64,000 nucleotides of DNA from Isosphaeraceae bacterium (GTDB taxonomy: Bacteria > Planctomycetota > Planctomycetia > Isosphaerales > Isosphaeraceae), in NCBI GenBank assembly GCA_052148775.1, contig JBKQHM010000804.1, positions 1,576 to 65,575 on the forward strand, given 5' to 3'. The notes below the pieces were generated by a model. The model ran no database searches and had not been told where the DNA came from. It saw nothing but the letters and a program-made list of their open reading frames with translations. The translations under genes and the position numbers were made by a program. This document shows, in pieces, positions 63,883 to 64,000 of this stretch. Position 1 is the stretch's first letter. The number at the start of each line of letters is the position of its first letter.

Positions 63883-64000
63883 TCTCCTCGCCAGCGCGTC
63901 GGGTGGATGTTCGCGTCCAGCCAGACCGTCGCCCTCCGGCGCGAGACGACCTTCCCATCGATCTCGATGTCCCGGAAGAGCACCAGCGGACCGGGGTCGC
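63816..64000 (-). CDS. possible 3' end of a convergent gene entering from the right window edge (partial)
   Basis: The minus-strand frame is open from 63998 to TGA (63816-63818): DPGPLVLFRDIEIDGKVVSRRRATVWLDANIHPTRW.... GC3 is strong for the first ~36 codons. It would overlap the giant gene's 3' end by 67 nt, so the real stop and extent are uncertain. Confidence 0.3.
   Translation of the reverse strand, partial: DPGPLVLFRDIEIDGKVVSRRRATVWLDANIHPTRWRGDHDSGSNQPPAPRCNFRPWAET

Overview
High-GC (roughly 68-70%) bacterial chromosomal segment. The gene content points to Planctomycetota, probably Isosphaeraceae/Gemmataceae-like. That placement is inferred from giant FG-GAP and beta-helix surface proteins with LExLExRxLL N-termini, an ECF sigma + Ser/Thr-kinase-WD40 pair, DUF1080, DUF4058, a PEP-CTERM protein and hpnCDE. 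I support about 33 protein-coding genes. No rRNA, tRNA, CRISPR array, transposase or integrase was found. All family names come from motifs I recognise by eye; no HMM or BLAST search was run. Gene order: (1) an operon with a 2465-aa FG-GAP protein translationally coupled to a TIGR03032-like protein, followed by an HPD-less J-like/zinc-ribbon/Fn3 protein. (2) Small housekeeping-type genes (SelA-like, YceI, DUF427, sulfotransferase). (3) A sugar-oxidation cluster (galM, archaeal-type glucose dehydrogenase, KDG-kinase-like). (4) An M24 peptidase. (5) The three-step squalene operon hpnC-hpnD-hpnE, interrupted by a decaying VapBC-like toxin-antitoxin module. (6) DUF1080 and SirB1-like genes. (7) An M14 carboxypeptidase::DPP-IV fusion. 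(8) An Rpn-like/DUF4351 gene plus a duplicated DUF4351 minigene. (9) A 2057-aa alpha-2-macroglobulin with an intact CTEQ thioester. (10) A phosphate acyltransferase, an alpha/beta hydrolase and a truncated acyl-CoA synthetase. (11) A DUF362(Tat)/di-haem DUF1111 pair. (12) DUF4058 plus orphan genes in a lower-GC patch. (13) An ECF sigma + STK-WD40 pair followed by a PEP-CTERM protein and a ~2850-aa beta-helix/Ig-repeat giant. The most checkable non-obvious signals are these. A ~30-nt motif is shared between the sigma-factor upstream region and the region upstream of the PEP-CTERM/giant genes. The TA module inside hpnCDE carries an in-frame TAG and a 27-bp junction duplication. Two 18-bp palindromic operators lie upstream of the acyltransferase gene. 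Stop-codon-rich heptamer-repeat elements flank the dehydrogenase gene. Both giants share an N-terminal motif. I cannot show that any of these is a truly undescribed system. The sigma/kinase/surface-protein module and the FG-GAP/TIGR03032/J-like cluster are my best candidates.
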